Source: a virus
Length of the DNA stretch: 64,000 bases
Virus genome (UHGV): UHGV-0306641
Direction: 5' to 3' (one strand)
Positions within the stretch are counted from its first letter, which is position 1, and the number at the start of each line of letters is the position of its first letter. Position numbers and translations under genes: made by a program. Positions 1 through 9,856 of the stretch are shown here, piece by piece. Below the pieces are notes generated by a model. The model saw only the letters and a program-made list of their open reading frames with translations. It was not told where the DNA came from and ran no database searches.

Positions 1-3000
1 AGCAAAACTTTGTTCGCCAGATGGAGCTGATTAATGCCCGTCGAAAAGCGGCCCCAATCGACAAAATTAAAGTCAACCTCAACGCCCGTTGGCTTGACCG
101 TCGCCTGATTAAAGAATTTCTCGCCGAACAGGGTTATGACGCCTTCCGCTATACAAAGGATCTGGAAGTTGAGAATGGCTACCTGGTGTCGGCGGATGAT
201 TACGAGGGTAAAGACGGTATTTTTACCGGATATCAGCTGCGAACCGTCACCAGCAATAGCGGTGTAACTGAGTTTAAAAAGGCCAATAACAGCGATGGTT
301 TCCTCAACCAGCTGGAGAACTACCTTAACGGCGTGAAACCGCGCGGCCCGAAGGCGGGGGAATACCTTTCTCGCATAGCCAAGCTGGAAGGTAGCTTCAA
401 CGATTGGTTGCGATCACATCCTGACGTTGAGGGTGTTGTGAACGACTACAACGATGCTTTTAACAACTACATCCCGTTCGAACATTCCAGTGAGTCACTT
501 CACCTGGAAGGACTGTCTGGCAAGCGTATCCCATTAAGTTATCAGAACTCTGAGGTTCGCCGCCTTTCGGAAGATGGGCGCGGGATTATGGGCTTTGGTA
601 CCGGCCTGGGTAAAACGACGACGGCGCTTGCCCTTGAAGCATTCAACTACCAACACGGACGTTCAAAACGCACTGTTTTTGTTGTTCCAAAGGCGGTCTA
701 CCACAACTGGTACCACGAGGCGCGGGACTTCTACAGCCCGGAGGTCTTTGCGCAAATGTTGTTTGTCGGCATTGACGAGGTCCGTGGGGAAGATGGCGAG
801 ATTCAGACATCCCAGGTTCGCAACGAAAACAACGAGCCGATGACTGATCGTGACGGCAATCCGGTAATGCGTAATGTCATTAAGGATGCCGATAGCGCCA
901 CGATTCTGGAGCGAATGAACCGCATACCGGCGTCGAATTTCCGTAGCGTCATTATGACCAAAGAGCAGTTTGGCATGATCCCGCTGCGTGAAGAAACCAT
1001 AGAAGAGAACTCGGCACAGGCGCTCTATAACGCTATTGATATGGGGCGTACCGATCTTCTGAAAAGTAGTCATCGTGCTGAGCTGGCGAAGAACAAAATT
1101 AAGGACAAGGCCGCTGACACCGGCACAGCGAAAAAGCACCAGGTTCCTTACTTTGAGGACATGAATTTTGACAATGTGATCGCTGATGAAGGTCACAATT
1201 ACCGAAATTCACTGGCTGCTGGTCGAGAAACCGCGCAGCTGGCCTATTTGCCGAATCCTGCAGTCTCGCAAATCGCGCGCGACATGGCTGTAAAAAGCGC
1301 CTACCTGATGAAGAAATTCAACGGTCGCGGCGTAACCCTGTTAACAGCTACCCCACTGGTAAACAGCCCGTTAGATGCCTTCAACATGCTATCTCACGTC
1401 GTGCCGGTTGAAGAGTGGAAAGCCATGGGGATATTAACCCCTGATGACTTTGTTCGCGTATTTGGCGAAACCGCTAACGTGGTGGTGCAGAAGATATCCG
1501 GCGAGGTGGTTGATAAGCAGGGGCTGGTGGGCTTTAAGAACCTGGACGGCTTACGCGGTATTTTCCATCGCTGGACCACTCTCAAGACCGCTCAGGACGT
1601 CAAGGAAAGCGTCAAAATCCCCGACCTGAACGAAATCAACGTAGACGTGCCGCTAACGCAAGAGCAGGTCGATATCTACGAGGAATTGCGCCAGCGCGCG
1701 GCGAAGATCGGACAGAAAGACGTCATTGAACGCAATGAGGATGGCACGATTTCCATCACGCCGAACAATAACGATGACTTTATTTTCTCGGTGATCCGCG
1801 ACATGGATAAGCTGGTCATTGACCCTGATTTATATCGGTCGTCAATGACGTTTATCTTTCCCGAAGACCAACGCGAAAAGGTTATGGCTATTGCCGCCGG
1901 TCTTCCCGCTGCAGCTGGTGGGGTAGAGGCGGATGACGATGAGTCTGACACGGGCCTGGTGAGTACATTATCCAGTAAGGTGGTCGAAACCAAAGTTGGT
2001 ACCCGTGGGGATGCGGTCGAGCTGGTGGTTAGCGTAGACCTGGAAGCTGCAGTGCTTCAGGCCATCGCGAAGGAAGGGATCGACATGAAGACGGTCACAC
2101 ACCCGATCCCGCCGAAATATGCCGCTCTGATTGCCAACCTTAAAGCCGGACTGGTTAACGGTAAGCAAATCATCTTCATGGATGAGAAAAGCCAGCACGG
2201 TAAGCTACGCCGTATTTTGTCGCATGCGCTGGGTATGGATGAGAGTCAGATCGGGATCATCAATGCCACCAGCGTACAGCAAGCCACCGGCGTGAAGCTG
2301 AAAAAGGTTAAAAAGCCGGTCGAACCGACGGAAAAAGCCGACGGTACATACAAAGACGGTGCCTGGGAGAAGTATTACAGCGAGCTGGCAAAATATGAGG
2401 ACTACATTTCCGCGCTGAATGATATGTCGCTCACCGGCATGGAAGGGATCGCCGCTGATTATAACGAAGGGCGAACGCCGATCGTCATCTGCAACAAAAA
2501 GGCGGAAGTAGGGATTAACCTTCACAAAGGTACCACGGACATTCATCACCTGACGCTACCGTGGACCCCTGCCAGTATCAACCAGCGTAACGGGCGCGGC
2601 GCGCGCGTAGGTTCATCACAGGATAGCGTTAACGTCCATTACTACTGTGGCATAGGTTCATTTGACGAGTTCCGGTTAGGTACGCTGAAACGCAAGGGTA
2701 ATTGGATCGGCGAAATCATGACGTCTGATGCCTCAACGCTCAAGAACGGCGACATGGACGAAAATGACGATATTCAGCTGCTGCTGGCGGCGAACCAGGA
2801 TGAGCGTAAAGCGCGTCTTGAAGCGCAGCTTGCAGCTCGACGCGAAGCGGAACGCCGTAAAGCCGAAAAAGAAGCTGAGGTAGCGCTGGATGTATACCTG
2901 CGTTCGTCCATTGCGGCAAACGAAGATCCGACCGCGCTGGCTGACAATCTCAACGACCTGACCGCACAGCTCAGCACCCAGGAGGAAGCGGTAGAAGAGG

Positions 3001-4892
3001 CGCGCAACGAAGTTACGAAGGAGGAATCCGAATATAACAGCTGGGCGGAGAAACACGGTAAGAAAAGCGCTGATGTTTATCACGGTTCGTCACGACGCAA
3101 TGCCCGGACCATGCTGAAATATCAGATTGAGAAACTAACCGATCTGAAAGGCCAGGTTAAAACAGCTCGTAATACCCTGACGCGCAATAAAAACGCCGCC
3201 ACGATGTTGAAGCGCGCCAAAGGTGATCTGGAGCGTAGTATTGCTGCTGGTGTGATCGACATTGACCCGGATGTGTTGCTGAATCCGTCAAACTACATGA
3301 AAACGAATAGCGGTCGAGTGTTAAAAACCGACGCTTATTACACCATCAATACTGATACCTCACAGCAAGTGATTGTGCGCATTACTCGACTGTTACCGGA
3401 AAAACAGACGGTAGAAACTGAAATCACTTACACCTCAGTTTATCCGTACTCTACGTATCGCATCGGATCGAAGAGAGAAATGCCGGTGAGCGATATTATC
3501 AACCAGGTTGATGTTTCACTGGATACGGTAGAGGCAAGACGTCGGGCTGCTGAAGGCCTTACACCAGACAAGGTTGCCAGCATCCTTACCCGCGCGCAGT
3601 TTTACGATGCAGTGACGGAGAACGTCTTACGCGTGAGGGACGATTACTGGATGGCATACAATGACGGCAAGCTTGAGCTGGTCTATATCTTGCGTGGAGC
3701 GTTGCCGGATGATATCGCGCCAACGTCTTATGTTTACCCGGACAGTAGTGATGATGGCCTAAAACGTGCGCTGTTTGCATATAGCCGCAGCGGTTCGAAT
3801 ATGTATTCAGCAAGGCTCTTTTTCATTGCCGTGTTTGGTGAAAACTACACCGCTGAGCTGGAGGCCTTTGGCGAGCAGGGGACCGTAGAGGATGTATTGC
3901 CGGTGCTCAATGAATCAATCGCTAAGGCTGAGGCCATGTACAACGATTCACTGGCTGGAGCGTCTGATAGCGACATTCGCGCCCAGTTTAACGGCAACCA
4001 TGAGTCTGTCAGGGCTATGTGGAAACACCGAGTTTCAACGTCATCCCTATCTCAGCTACATGAGAAATTCTCAAATAAGAGTCAGCTGCAAAACATGTTC
4101 CTTCAACTGCGTGATGAGCGCCTGGTGGCAAAGCTGCAGGTCATGAAAGAGGGCAATGCAAAGTTAGCGCAAAAACTGTATGAGCAATTCTCTCGCCTGA
4201 GTGGTGCGCGGTCGCTGAAAGTAATCCGTGATCTGGCTGACTCATCCGTAGCCGACTTAATTAAACAGGTGAATAGCCATGATTCACTTCTGACGTCATC
4301 CCTCGCTGATTACCTTATGGCTGGGGTGCTGGTGGGGGCGTACTCCGAAAGCCGTATATCGGTAGAGGATTTCCTTAACGTTGATGTGGTACGCCGCCAC
4401 ATTGAAGGAATTAAATATAAATTACAGGAGATTAAATCCGGGCAATTTGAGCAATTTGCTTCATCATGGGAGGGCTATCTCTCTATGATGGCAGGAGAAA
4501 AAACCGTTGAAGAGATCGAAGCCGAAAAGCAGGAGCGGGAGGCAAAACAGGCGGAAGCAATTGAGTTTACCCAAGAGCAAACGGACGAGAAAGACTTCGG
4601 TTACAGCATTCAACAAAACTCTTTAAATCTGGAAGGAAAGCGCGTCTGGCGTCGTAGAACGTTCAAACTCAGCTATCCGGCTGGTGGCGCGCACGTTCTG
4701 TGTGATACGTCGGGACGGGCCACGCTCAAGAAAAAATCCGTGCGGGAAATGCTAAAAGAGAAATACGGTGCGACGTTCTGGAACTTTGAAGACGATCCGG
4801 TTGAAGGTAACGAGTTTACCCAGCCAGCATGGGTAGTCTCAAGCCGGTACGACAAAGCCGAAATCCAAGCCAGCATACAGGCCATCATTTAA
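1..4892 (+). CDS. Giant SNF2/DEAH helicase-domain protein, DarB-like (5' end lies outside the window; frame is open back to position 1)
   Basis: Walker A GFGTGLGKTTTAL, motif II DEGHNY, SNF2 motif III LLTATPLVNSPLD, C-terminal helicase motif QRNGRGARVG; continuous >1620 aa ORF; architecture resembles the helicase half of P1 DarB (from memory). Confidence 0.7.
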   Translation, partial: QNFVRQMELINARRKAAPIDKIKVNLNARWLDRRLIKEFLAEQGYDAFRYTKDLEVENGYLVSADDYEGKDGIFTGYQLRTVTSNSGVTEFKKANNSDGFLNQLENYLNGVKPRGPKAGEYLSRIAKLEGSFNDWLRSHPDVEGVVNDYNDAFNNYIPFEHSSESLHLEGLSGKRIPLSYQNSEVRRLSEDGRGIMGFGTGLGKTTTALALEAFNYQHGRSKRTVFVVPKAVYHNWYHEARDFYSPEVFAQMLFVGIDEVRGEDGEIQTSQVRNENNEPMTDRDGNPVMRNVIKDADSATILERMNRIPASNFRSVIMTKEQFGMIPLREETIEENSAQALYNAIDMGRTDLLKSSHRAELAKNKIKDKAADTGTAKKHQVPYFEDMNFDNVIADEGHNYRNSLAAGRETAQLAYLPNPAVSQIARDMAVKSAYLMKKFNGRGVTLLTATPLVNSPLDAFNMLSHVVPVEEWKAMGILTPDDFVRVFGETANVVVQKISGEVVDKQGLVGFKNLDGLRGIFHRWTTLKTAQDVKESVKIPDLNEINVDVPLTQEQVDIYEELRQRAAKIGQKDVIERNEDGTISITPNNNDDFIFSVIRDMDKLVIDPDLYRSSMTFIFPEDQREKVMAIAAGLPAAAGGVEADDDESDTGLVSTLSSKVVETKVGTRGDAVELVVSVDLEAAVLQAIAKEGIDMKTVTHPIPPKYAALIANLKAGLVNGKQIIFMDEKSQHGKLRRILSHALGMDESQIGIINATSVQQATGVKLKKVKKPVEPTEKADGTYKDGAWEKYYSELAKYEDYISALNDMSLTGMEGIAADYNEGRTPIVICNKKAEVGINLHKGTTDIHHLTLPWTPASINQRNGRGARVGSSQDSVNVHYYCGIGSFDEFRLGTLKRKGNWIGEIMTSDASTLKNGDMDENDDIQLLLAANQDERKARLEAQLAARREAERRKAEKEAEVALDVYLRSSIAANEDPTALADNLNDLTAQLSTQEEAVEEARNEVTKEESEYNSWAEKHGKKSADVYHGSSRRNARTMLKYQIEKLTDLKGQVKTARNTLTRNKNAATMLKRAKGDLERSIAAGVIDIDPDVLLNPSNYMKTNSGRVLKTDAYYTINTDTSQQVIVRITRLLPEKQTVETEITYTSVYPYSTYRIGSKREMPVSDIINQVDVSLDTVEARRRAAEGLTPDKVASILTRAQFYDAVTENVLRVRDDYWMAYNDGKLELVYILRGALPDDIAPTSYVYPDSSDDGLKRALFAYSRSGSNMYSARLFFIAVFGENYTAELEAFGEQGTVEDVLPVLNESIAKAEAMYNDSLAGASDSDIRAQFNGNHESVRAMWKHRVSTSSLSQLHEKFSNKSQLQNMFLQLRDERLVAKLQVMKEGNAKLAQKLYEQFSRLSGARSLKVIRDLADSSVADLIKQVNSHDSLLTSSLADYLMAGVLVGAYSESRISVEDFLNVDVVRRHIEGIKYKLQEIKSGQFEQFASSWEGYLSMMAGEKTVEEIEAEKQEREAKQAEAIEFTQEQTDEKDFGYSIQQNSLNLEGKRVWRRRTFKLSYPAGGAHVLCDTSGRATLKKKSVREMLKEKYGATFWNFEDDPVEGNEFTQPAWVVSSRYDKAEIQASIQAII

Positions 4893-4930
4893 TTTTTATG
4901 GAGAGGCCCAGGTGACTGGGCCAAAAAGAA

Positions 4931-5368
4931 ATGACGACATTAATCGACACCATTAAGCCGACAGAAGAGTACATAGAGTCAGTATTGCAGGAGCATGCGC
5001 TGTCAGGCCGCAGCGAAGAAGAGTTTACCGCAACATATCTGAAGGGGCTGGTTGAGCGCCTGAAAGCAGATGTTAAAACATACCGATCGTTCGGCCCATG
5101 GTGGCCCTCGCTCAAGGTCTTGCTATTGAAAGATGGTCATACTGACTTTGGGCAAATCGTTGATGGGGATGTGGCGGCGATTTACGCCATGAGCCGCCCC
5201 GCTCTGACGCTGGTGGCTGCGCACCTTTGTGCTGACGAAGTACTGGAGTCTGGTAATATTCACAGTGCTGTTCATTTTCTCAGTGTTATGCCGTCGGCGG
5301 ATGATACTGAGCCATACCAATACACCAGCTACGACGAGTCCATCGAAAAATTCAAACTGACCAGATAA
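4931..5368 (+). CDS. hypothetical protein (145 aa)
   Basis: intact ORF directly downstream of giant helicase gene, same strand. Confidence 0.5.
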   Translation: MTTLIDTIKPTEEYIESVLQEHALSGRSEEEFTATYLKGLVERLKADVKTYRSFGPWWPSLKVLLLKDGHTDFGQIVDGDVAAIYAMSRPALTLVAAHLCADEVLESGNIHSAVHFLSVMPSADDTEPYQYTSYDESIEKFKLTR

Positions 5369-5378
5369 AGGAGCATAC

Positions 5379-5648
5379 ATGTCAAAAGTCAGACCCCAAA
5401 CTGAGCGCCGGTTTTACACCTCGGACCAGTTGCGGGAAAAGGCTGCAGCTATGGGTTGTTGCTTGCGATTTGCACGGTCACAGGGGGTTTTCGAGTTGAC
5501 GATTGATAATCAGCAGGAAAAAAACTGGACGTGGGTAATGCGCCCAGGAAGCAATGAGCGGGTACGTCTGGTGCGAGAGTTGACGCGGGATGAGTGGGAT
5601 CTTGCGCTCGCGAACGCACGGGAAACACTTCTTAGTTTTTCAATCTGA
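5379..5648 (+). CDS. hypothetical protein (89 aa)
   Basis: ORF with AAGGAG RBS 7 nt upstream of ATG. Confidence 0.6.
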   Translation: MSKVRPQTERRFYTSDQLREKAAAMGCCLRFARSQGVFELTIDNQQEKNWTWVMRPGSNERVRLVRELTRDEWDLALANARETLLSFSI

Positions 5649-5799
5649 AGTTTTCTAACAGAAAAATACCTTGCTTTAAATATATTAAAGCCTTAGATTT
5701 TAATGGAGCAAAAGAAAGGCCCGGCTATGCCGGGCCTCACATTCACCTGTAGGTTTTCGCCGTCAAACTTAGGCCTACAGAGAACAACAGGACTATATC

Positions 5800-5967
5800 A
5801 TGAAAACATACGCGCAACGCGATTTTGTAAACCATCCTCAGCTTTCTGCGAAAAAAAACGATGTTTCCTCTCTGGAAAAGACCCTCATCGTATGGGGATC
5901 TCTGCTTCTTTCAACCTTCGGCGCGGCTTGGATTCTGAGTCTTATCTACCAATTCGCGATCCGTTGA
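5800..5967 (+). CDS. small membrane protein candidate (55 aa), not in supplied ORF track
   Basis: ATG with AGGA RBS; single predicted TM helix IVWGSLLLSTFGAAWILSLIYQF; ORF below the 60-aa track cutoff. Confidence 0.3.
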   Translation: MKTYAQRDFVNHPQLSAKKNDVSSLEKTLIVWGSLLLSTFGAAWILSLIYQFAIR

Positions 5968-6042
5968 ACAACCTCACCTAAGCCCACACAAAAACCGAAT
6001 AATATCATCGGGTTTTGTATTCTATTCGGCGTTTACATAGCT

Positions 6043-6081
6043 AACAGCCATAAGCTTGGCTGTTGCTATTGTGTTTTTTTT
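6043..6081 (+). terminator. weak hairpin plus distal T-run
   Basis: AACAGCCA/TGGCTGTT 8-bp stem, T8 run 9 nt downstream. Confidence 0.3.
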
Positions 6082-6176
6082 GAAACGCCGTGAGAATAAA
6101 TGTAATCATTCATTATCTCTTAGATAGATTGATATCTTTCGGGGTGTGATACTTCATTAAGCTTCATGGAAAGGGT

Positions 6177-6734
6177 ATGCGATTTTCATCGGAATGGCTT
6201 GAAGGATACAAAAAGAAGCGTCCAGTTCGCGCCGCCTCTTCTAACTCAGACTGGTTAAAAACAGTCGTTAAGGTTTCAGTTCATGCAGCGGCACTCGCGG
6301 CCCTGATAAAAAAACCAGAACTGCTTAAAGGCAACCAGGAACACTACGACCAAGTACAGATTTTTGATCGCATAGAACGGAAACACCCCGATCTCTACTC
6401 ACTTCTTCACGCGACCCCGAACGGCGGATATCGCACCAAAAAAAGCGCGGCGCAAATGCCAGCTGAAGGACAGAAAAAAGGCTATCCAGATATGTCTCTT
6501 GATAAGCCAGCCGGTATTTATCATGGGATGCGAGTAGAGCTTAAACATGGGAAGAAAAAGCCAACCAAAGAGCAGATTGAATGGCTCAATTTGCTGACAG
6601 ATCAAGGCTACTACTGCATCCTGGCATTTACACCGGATGAAGCCGTTGCAGAGTTGGTGGCTTACTCACAGCTTGCTGCCGGTGAGTCGATGCCAGAGCA
6701 CCAAAATAACAGCTACTGGAGGGCGGCGGCTTAA
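6177..6734 (+). CDS. VRR-NUC domain nuclease (PD-(D/E)xK fold)
   Basis: GYPDMSLDKPAGIYHGMRVELKHGKKKPTKEQIEWL matches VRR-NUC signature (D...ExK, Q..W). Confidence 0.7.
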   Translation: MRFSSEWLEGYKKKRPVRAASSNSDWLKTVVKVSVHAAALAALIKKPELLKGNQEHYDQVQIFDRIERKHPDLYSLLHATPNGGYRTKKSAAQMPAEGQKKGYPDMSLDKPAGIYHGMRVELKHGKKKPTKEQIEWLNLLTDQGYYCILAFTPDEAVAELVAYSQLAAGESMPEHQNNSYWRAAA

Positions 6735-6744
6735 ACGTAAGGCG

Positions 6745-7032
6745 ATGATAGTGAAGTCAGAAGTTGTGCTGGTGGCTTGTTGCCAGCGGTGTTTATTACA
6801 TAGCATGGTAGAGGATCGGGGTTACATGGACATTAATGACGTATACAACACACTCGAAAATAACCCCGAAATGATAGGCCAACGGGAAGGATCTGCCGAT
6901 TTTGTAACGTTTGAGCCAAGTGAAGCTGGGGAAGGGGGAATGTTTGTAGTCAATGATATGAATGGGGGGATGGCTCCTTTTGAACCATCTTTAGATGACC
7001 TACTTGCTGATAACTGGATGTGTCATGCGTAA
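6745..7032 (+). CDS. hypothetical protein (95 aa)
   Basis: ORF starting at internal ATG after upstream stop; start uncertain. Confidence 0.4.
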   Translation: MIVKSEVVLVACCQRCLLHSMVEDRGYMDINDVYNTLENNPEMIGQREGSADFVTFEPSEAGEGGMFVVNDMNGGMAPFEPSLDDLLADNWMCHA

Positions 7033-7318
7033 ACACTACTACAACCTGTCATTTGTCGGAGAAAAGGGGCATTTCAGGAGCGCGGTGCTCGCATTGGATC
7101 ATAATACTGTGACCATACCTGATATCAGTTTAGCCAAACAGTCGTTGGACATGGACGATTCGACCGGACTGATATCAGTTAGCTATCTTGGCCTCATGAC
7201 AGAGCATGAATACTTCCATGGGCTGGGGAAATCGAAGGTATGGCGTCGGTGGCTAAACGTCGCGGCATGGTTTGTACCGTTCCTGGTATTGGCACTGGTG
7301 CTATTACAACAGCGATAA
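7025..7318 (+). CDS. small protein with C-terminal TM helix (alt start 6995)
   Basis: hydrophobic C-terminus WLNVAAWFVPFLVLALVLL; followed by terminator. Confidence 0.4.
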   Translation: MRKHYYNLSFVGEKGHFRSAVLALDHNTVTIPDISLAKQSLDMDDSTGLISVSYLGLMTEHEYFHGLGKSKVWRRWLNVAAWFVPFLVLALVLLQQR

Positions 7319-7327
7319 GCGCATTAA

Positions 7328-7351
7328 GGGCTGCAGTGCGGCCCTTTTTTG
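7328..7351 (+). terminator. Rho-independent terminator
   Basis: GGGCTGC-agt-GCGGCCC stem then T7. Confidence 0.6.
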
Positions 7352-7430
7352 TGTTCGTTATTAATAGACTATTAGGAAATTACAGATTATTATTTGCCTT
7401 GTTAATACCATAAAATCTAACAAGGAATAT

Positions 7431-8741
7431 TTGAATATAATGTCTAATGCCGCAGAACAACTCACCACTCCTACCCGCATCACCGATGAGGTACTTCACC
7501 TGTCCTTTGTCGGCGTCTATAACCAGCTGAATCTGACATTACGCCGTATCAGCGGCGACGACCTCGACCGGCGCGCGTTGGAAACCAGCATCAGCATGAT
7601 CGAGCAGTTGCAGAGTGACGTTAACACGCGTCTGGATGATGAAACCAACGACTGTAACGCCCTTATTGAACAGCTTGAGGCAACGAAAAACCAGCTACTG
7701 GGGATGAACCTGTACAAAGTAGAGGTACAGGAAGAGGCGCTGGCTAAAGAAGACGAGCTGGAGGGGTTACGTCATGACGCCAAAATGAAGGCGCTTGAGC
7801 TGGAAAACGCAATTATTAATTTAAAGAGCCAGATTGAGTCATCAGCACAGGAATTAACAACGATGCAGCTGGCCTACAATTCATTGAAAGCGTCCTTTGA
7901 TACCTATAAGCGCTTACATCCAGAATCCATTCTCCGTGAGCGTGACGATCTGACAAAGCAAGTCTCCAGGTTGCGAGCAGAGCGCAAAGAAACAAATAAG
8001 AGACTTCAAACCATGCAGAGTAAGCTGAATATTGCCGACAAGGAAGTTGCTGCAGCCCGTTCTAGCCTGATCACCAAGCGTCAGGATATGGACCGGCTTC
8101 ATGCTTTGCATGAGAACCTGAAAAAGCGGGTGGATTTTCACGACGGTCGCGAACAAGTGAAGCTGCATACAGTTGTTACTGAGCAAGGGACTGAGCTTAA
8201 CCTGTATATCTACAACTTCCACTTTGGCCTTTTGGCGCGCAATAGCTACATAAAGGGGCATGTTATTGAACTGGCTGATTTTCATTTCCAGATCCGTACA
8301 GCCATGATGGTTGCGATGGACGTGGTGCCTGGTGTGTGGGGAAACCCTATCTACGAACGTCTGAGCGTATTTAAAAATGCTTGGGATTCTGCGATAGACG
8401 AAGAATTACATCAGCGGATCATGGTCCGGTTAGAAATGGACTTCCCGAAAATCCACAAGCGCGCACTGGATGCCATCGCAGCTGGCATTGACGAACTGAC
8501 ATTACCGGCAAAGGTGCTCTCAATCCTGAAAGGTGCTGGATTTAAGAACGTGCAGGCCATAGCGTCCGTACTACCGTTTGAGCTGGTGGATATTAAGGGG
8601 ATTGGAGAACAGACAGCGACGGAAATCACTAACGCGATAAATAGCTGGGCTATTCGCTGGTCGCGCGAGAATTGCGACATTGAGGCATACAAATCGAATG
8701 TGATCAGCAGCGCTAAACCAGCAAAAAGTAAGAGAAAATAA
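7431..8741 (+). CDS. coiled-coil protein with C-terminal helix-hairpin-helix motif (436 aa; TTG at 7431 or ATG at 7440)
   Basis: long heptad-rich N-terminus; C-terminal LVDIKGIGEQTATEI HhH-like motif. Confidence 0.65.
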   Translation: MNIMSNAAEQLTTPTRITDEVLHLSFVGVYNQLNLTLRRISGDDLDRRALETSISMIEQLQSDVNTRLDDETNDCNALIEQLEATKNQLLGMNLYKVEVQEEALAKEDELEGLRHDAKMKALELENAIINLKSQIESSAQELTTMQLAYNSLKASFDTYKRLHPESILRERDDLTKQVSRLRAERKETNKRLQTMQSKLNIADKEVAAARSSLITKRQDMDRLHALHENLKKRVDFHDGREQVKLHTVVTEQGTELNLYIYNFHFGLLARNSYIKGHVIELADFHFQIRTAMMVAMDVVPGVWGNPIYERLSVFKNAWDSAIDEELHQRIMVRLEMDFPKIHKRALDAIAAGIDELTLPAKVLSILKGAGFKNVQAIASVLPFELVDIKGIGEQTATEITNAINSWAIRWSRENCDIEAYKSNVISSAKPAKSKRK

Positions 8742-8833
8742 ATTAAAACCTTAGAATTACATTGATAAAGATTGGAGCAGTACGTAAAGTACGAGCGCGA
8801 CATTACGACATTTAACTAATTCCTTTTGCATGC

Positions 8834-8864
8834 AGGGCTGACCTTTTAATCAGCCCTTTTTTTT
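8834..8864 (+). terminator. Rho-independent terminator
   Basis: AGGGCTGA/TCAGCCCT 8-bp stem followed by T8. Confidence 0.75.
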
Positions 8865-8974
8865 ATTCTTTTTTCTCCAAAACGTATCAGGCGCGCTCAA
8901 AATTTGAGGTGACGTGATTACCTATACTTATATTTTCCTTAGAATTATGGGTAATGTTAAGCGGAGGAAATGGA

Positions 8975-9385
8975 ATGTCTGAACGTATAACCAGTGTCGA
9001 AGTTGCTGCAGTTATGCTGAAGTGCGGTCGTTACATGACGATTTCTGAAATCATGGCGGCACTCACCGAAGCCTATCCCGATCTTGAGAACGGGCATACA
9101 TCAGTCACGAACATCGTGCGCACCTTCATGAAATCACCGTCTGCCAGCTGCTTCTCTTTCCCCGGCGCGTATCCTCGCATGTATCTGCTTACTTCGGTTT
9201 CAGGCTATCTATTCAAGATCAGAGGTAACAGGCATGTATGCTACGACGATTTGCCGTTTCATAGCGGGAGTAAAAAGGATCAGGAAATAGAGAATAAAAA
9301 AAGCCAGGAGGTTTCCCGGCTGGCCTTTAATTTATTTAACAGCATTTGTCGTGAGCGGATCGCATCAGGTATTACTATCGTCTGA
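8975..9385 (+). CDS. hypothetical protein (136 aa)
   Basis: GGAGGA RBS 6 nt upstream of ATG. Confidence 0.6.
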   Translation: MSERITSVEVAAVMLKCGRYMTISEIMAALTEAYPDLENGHTSVTNIVRTFMKSPSASCFSFPGAYPRMYLLTSVSGYLFKIRGNRHVCYDDLPFHSGSKKDQEIENKKSQEVSRLAFNLFNSICRERIASGITIV

Positions 9386-9856
9386 AGGGCGGCTAAGCCT
9401 TGCGATTGCGCGTGGCGCACGTTCACTCTCCACCTGATAGGGCTTAGTTCCCGGTGTGCTGCTTTCCACTGGTTTAACAGGCGCAGCATCATTCGGTAGT
9501 GGGGCTGGCTCAGACGCCTTGCCCGGTACCAAAGCCTCAGACTCAACTGGGGCAACTCGGCTGTTTTGTTTCTTTGGCTGGTGGTCTGCCGCAACCATTC
9601 CCATCAATGACATAGCCATGCTGATAAAGCGCTCAGCGCGTTCGTTTTCCGGCAATGCCATCAGATCCTGACGTTCCATTAGTGCAACCAGAGCGCCCAG
9701 CCCCATTTTCTCCAGTGCATAACCGTAACGCAGACAATCCAGCATTAGCCGACGTTTAGCGGCGTTACTCTGCAGGCCATTGTATTCGTGTGCCAGCGCG
9801 TCAGTTAAGGGGCTGTACTCAGCCAGCCCGGTAATCTTGATGGTTTGTTTTGTCAT
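9365..9856 (-). CDS. ParR-like centromere-binding adaptor candidate (partner of ParM)
   Basis: small gene translationally coupled downstream of actin-like ATPase; disordered Pro/Ala-rich C-terminus; no direct motif proof. Confidence 0.45.
   Translation of the reverse strand: MTKQTIKITGLAEYSPLTDALAHEYNGLQSNAAKRRLMLDCLRYGYALEKMGLGALVALMERQDLMALPENERAERFISMAMSLMGMVAADHQPKKQNSRVAPVESEALVPGKASEPAPLPNDAAPVKPVESSTPGTKPYQVESERAPRAIARLSRPSDDSNT

Noticed and set aside
574-4888. Numerous 60-180-aa ORFs on both strands inside the giant helicase gene (e.g. 574-843, 663-1196, 2733-3083, 3892-4146)
   Set aside because: Entirely nested in a 1623-aa ORF with clear helicase motifs; no RBS; typical shadow ORFs.
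5703-5981. Track ORF 5703-5981 (92 aa)
   Set aside because: It spans a strong hairpin and has no RBS. A shorter in-region ORF (5800-5967) with an RBS and a TM helix is more plausible, and neither is certain.
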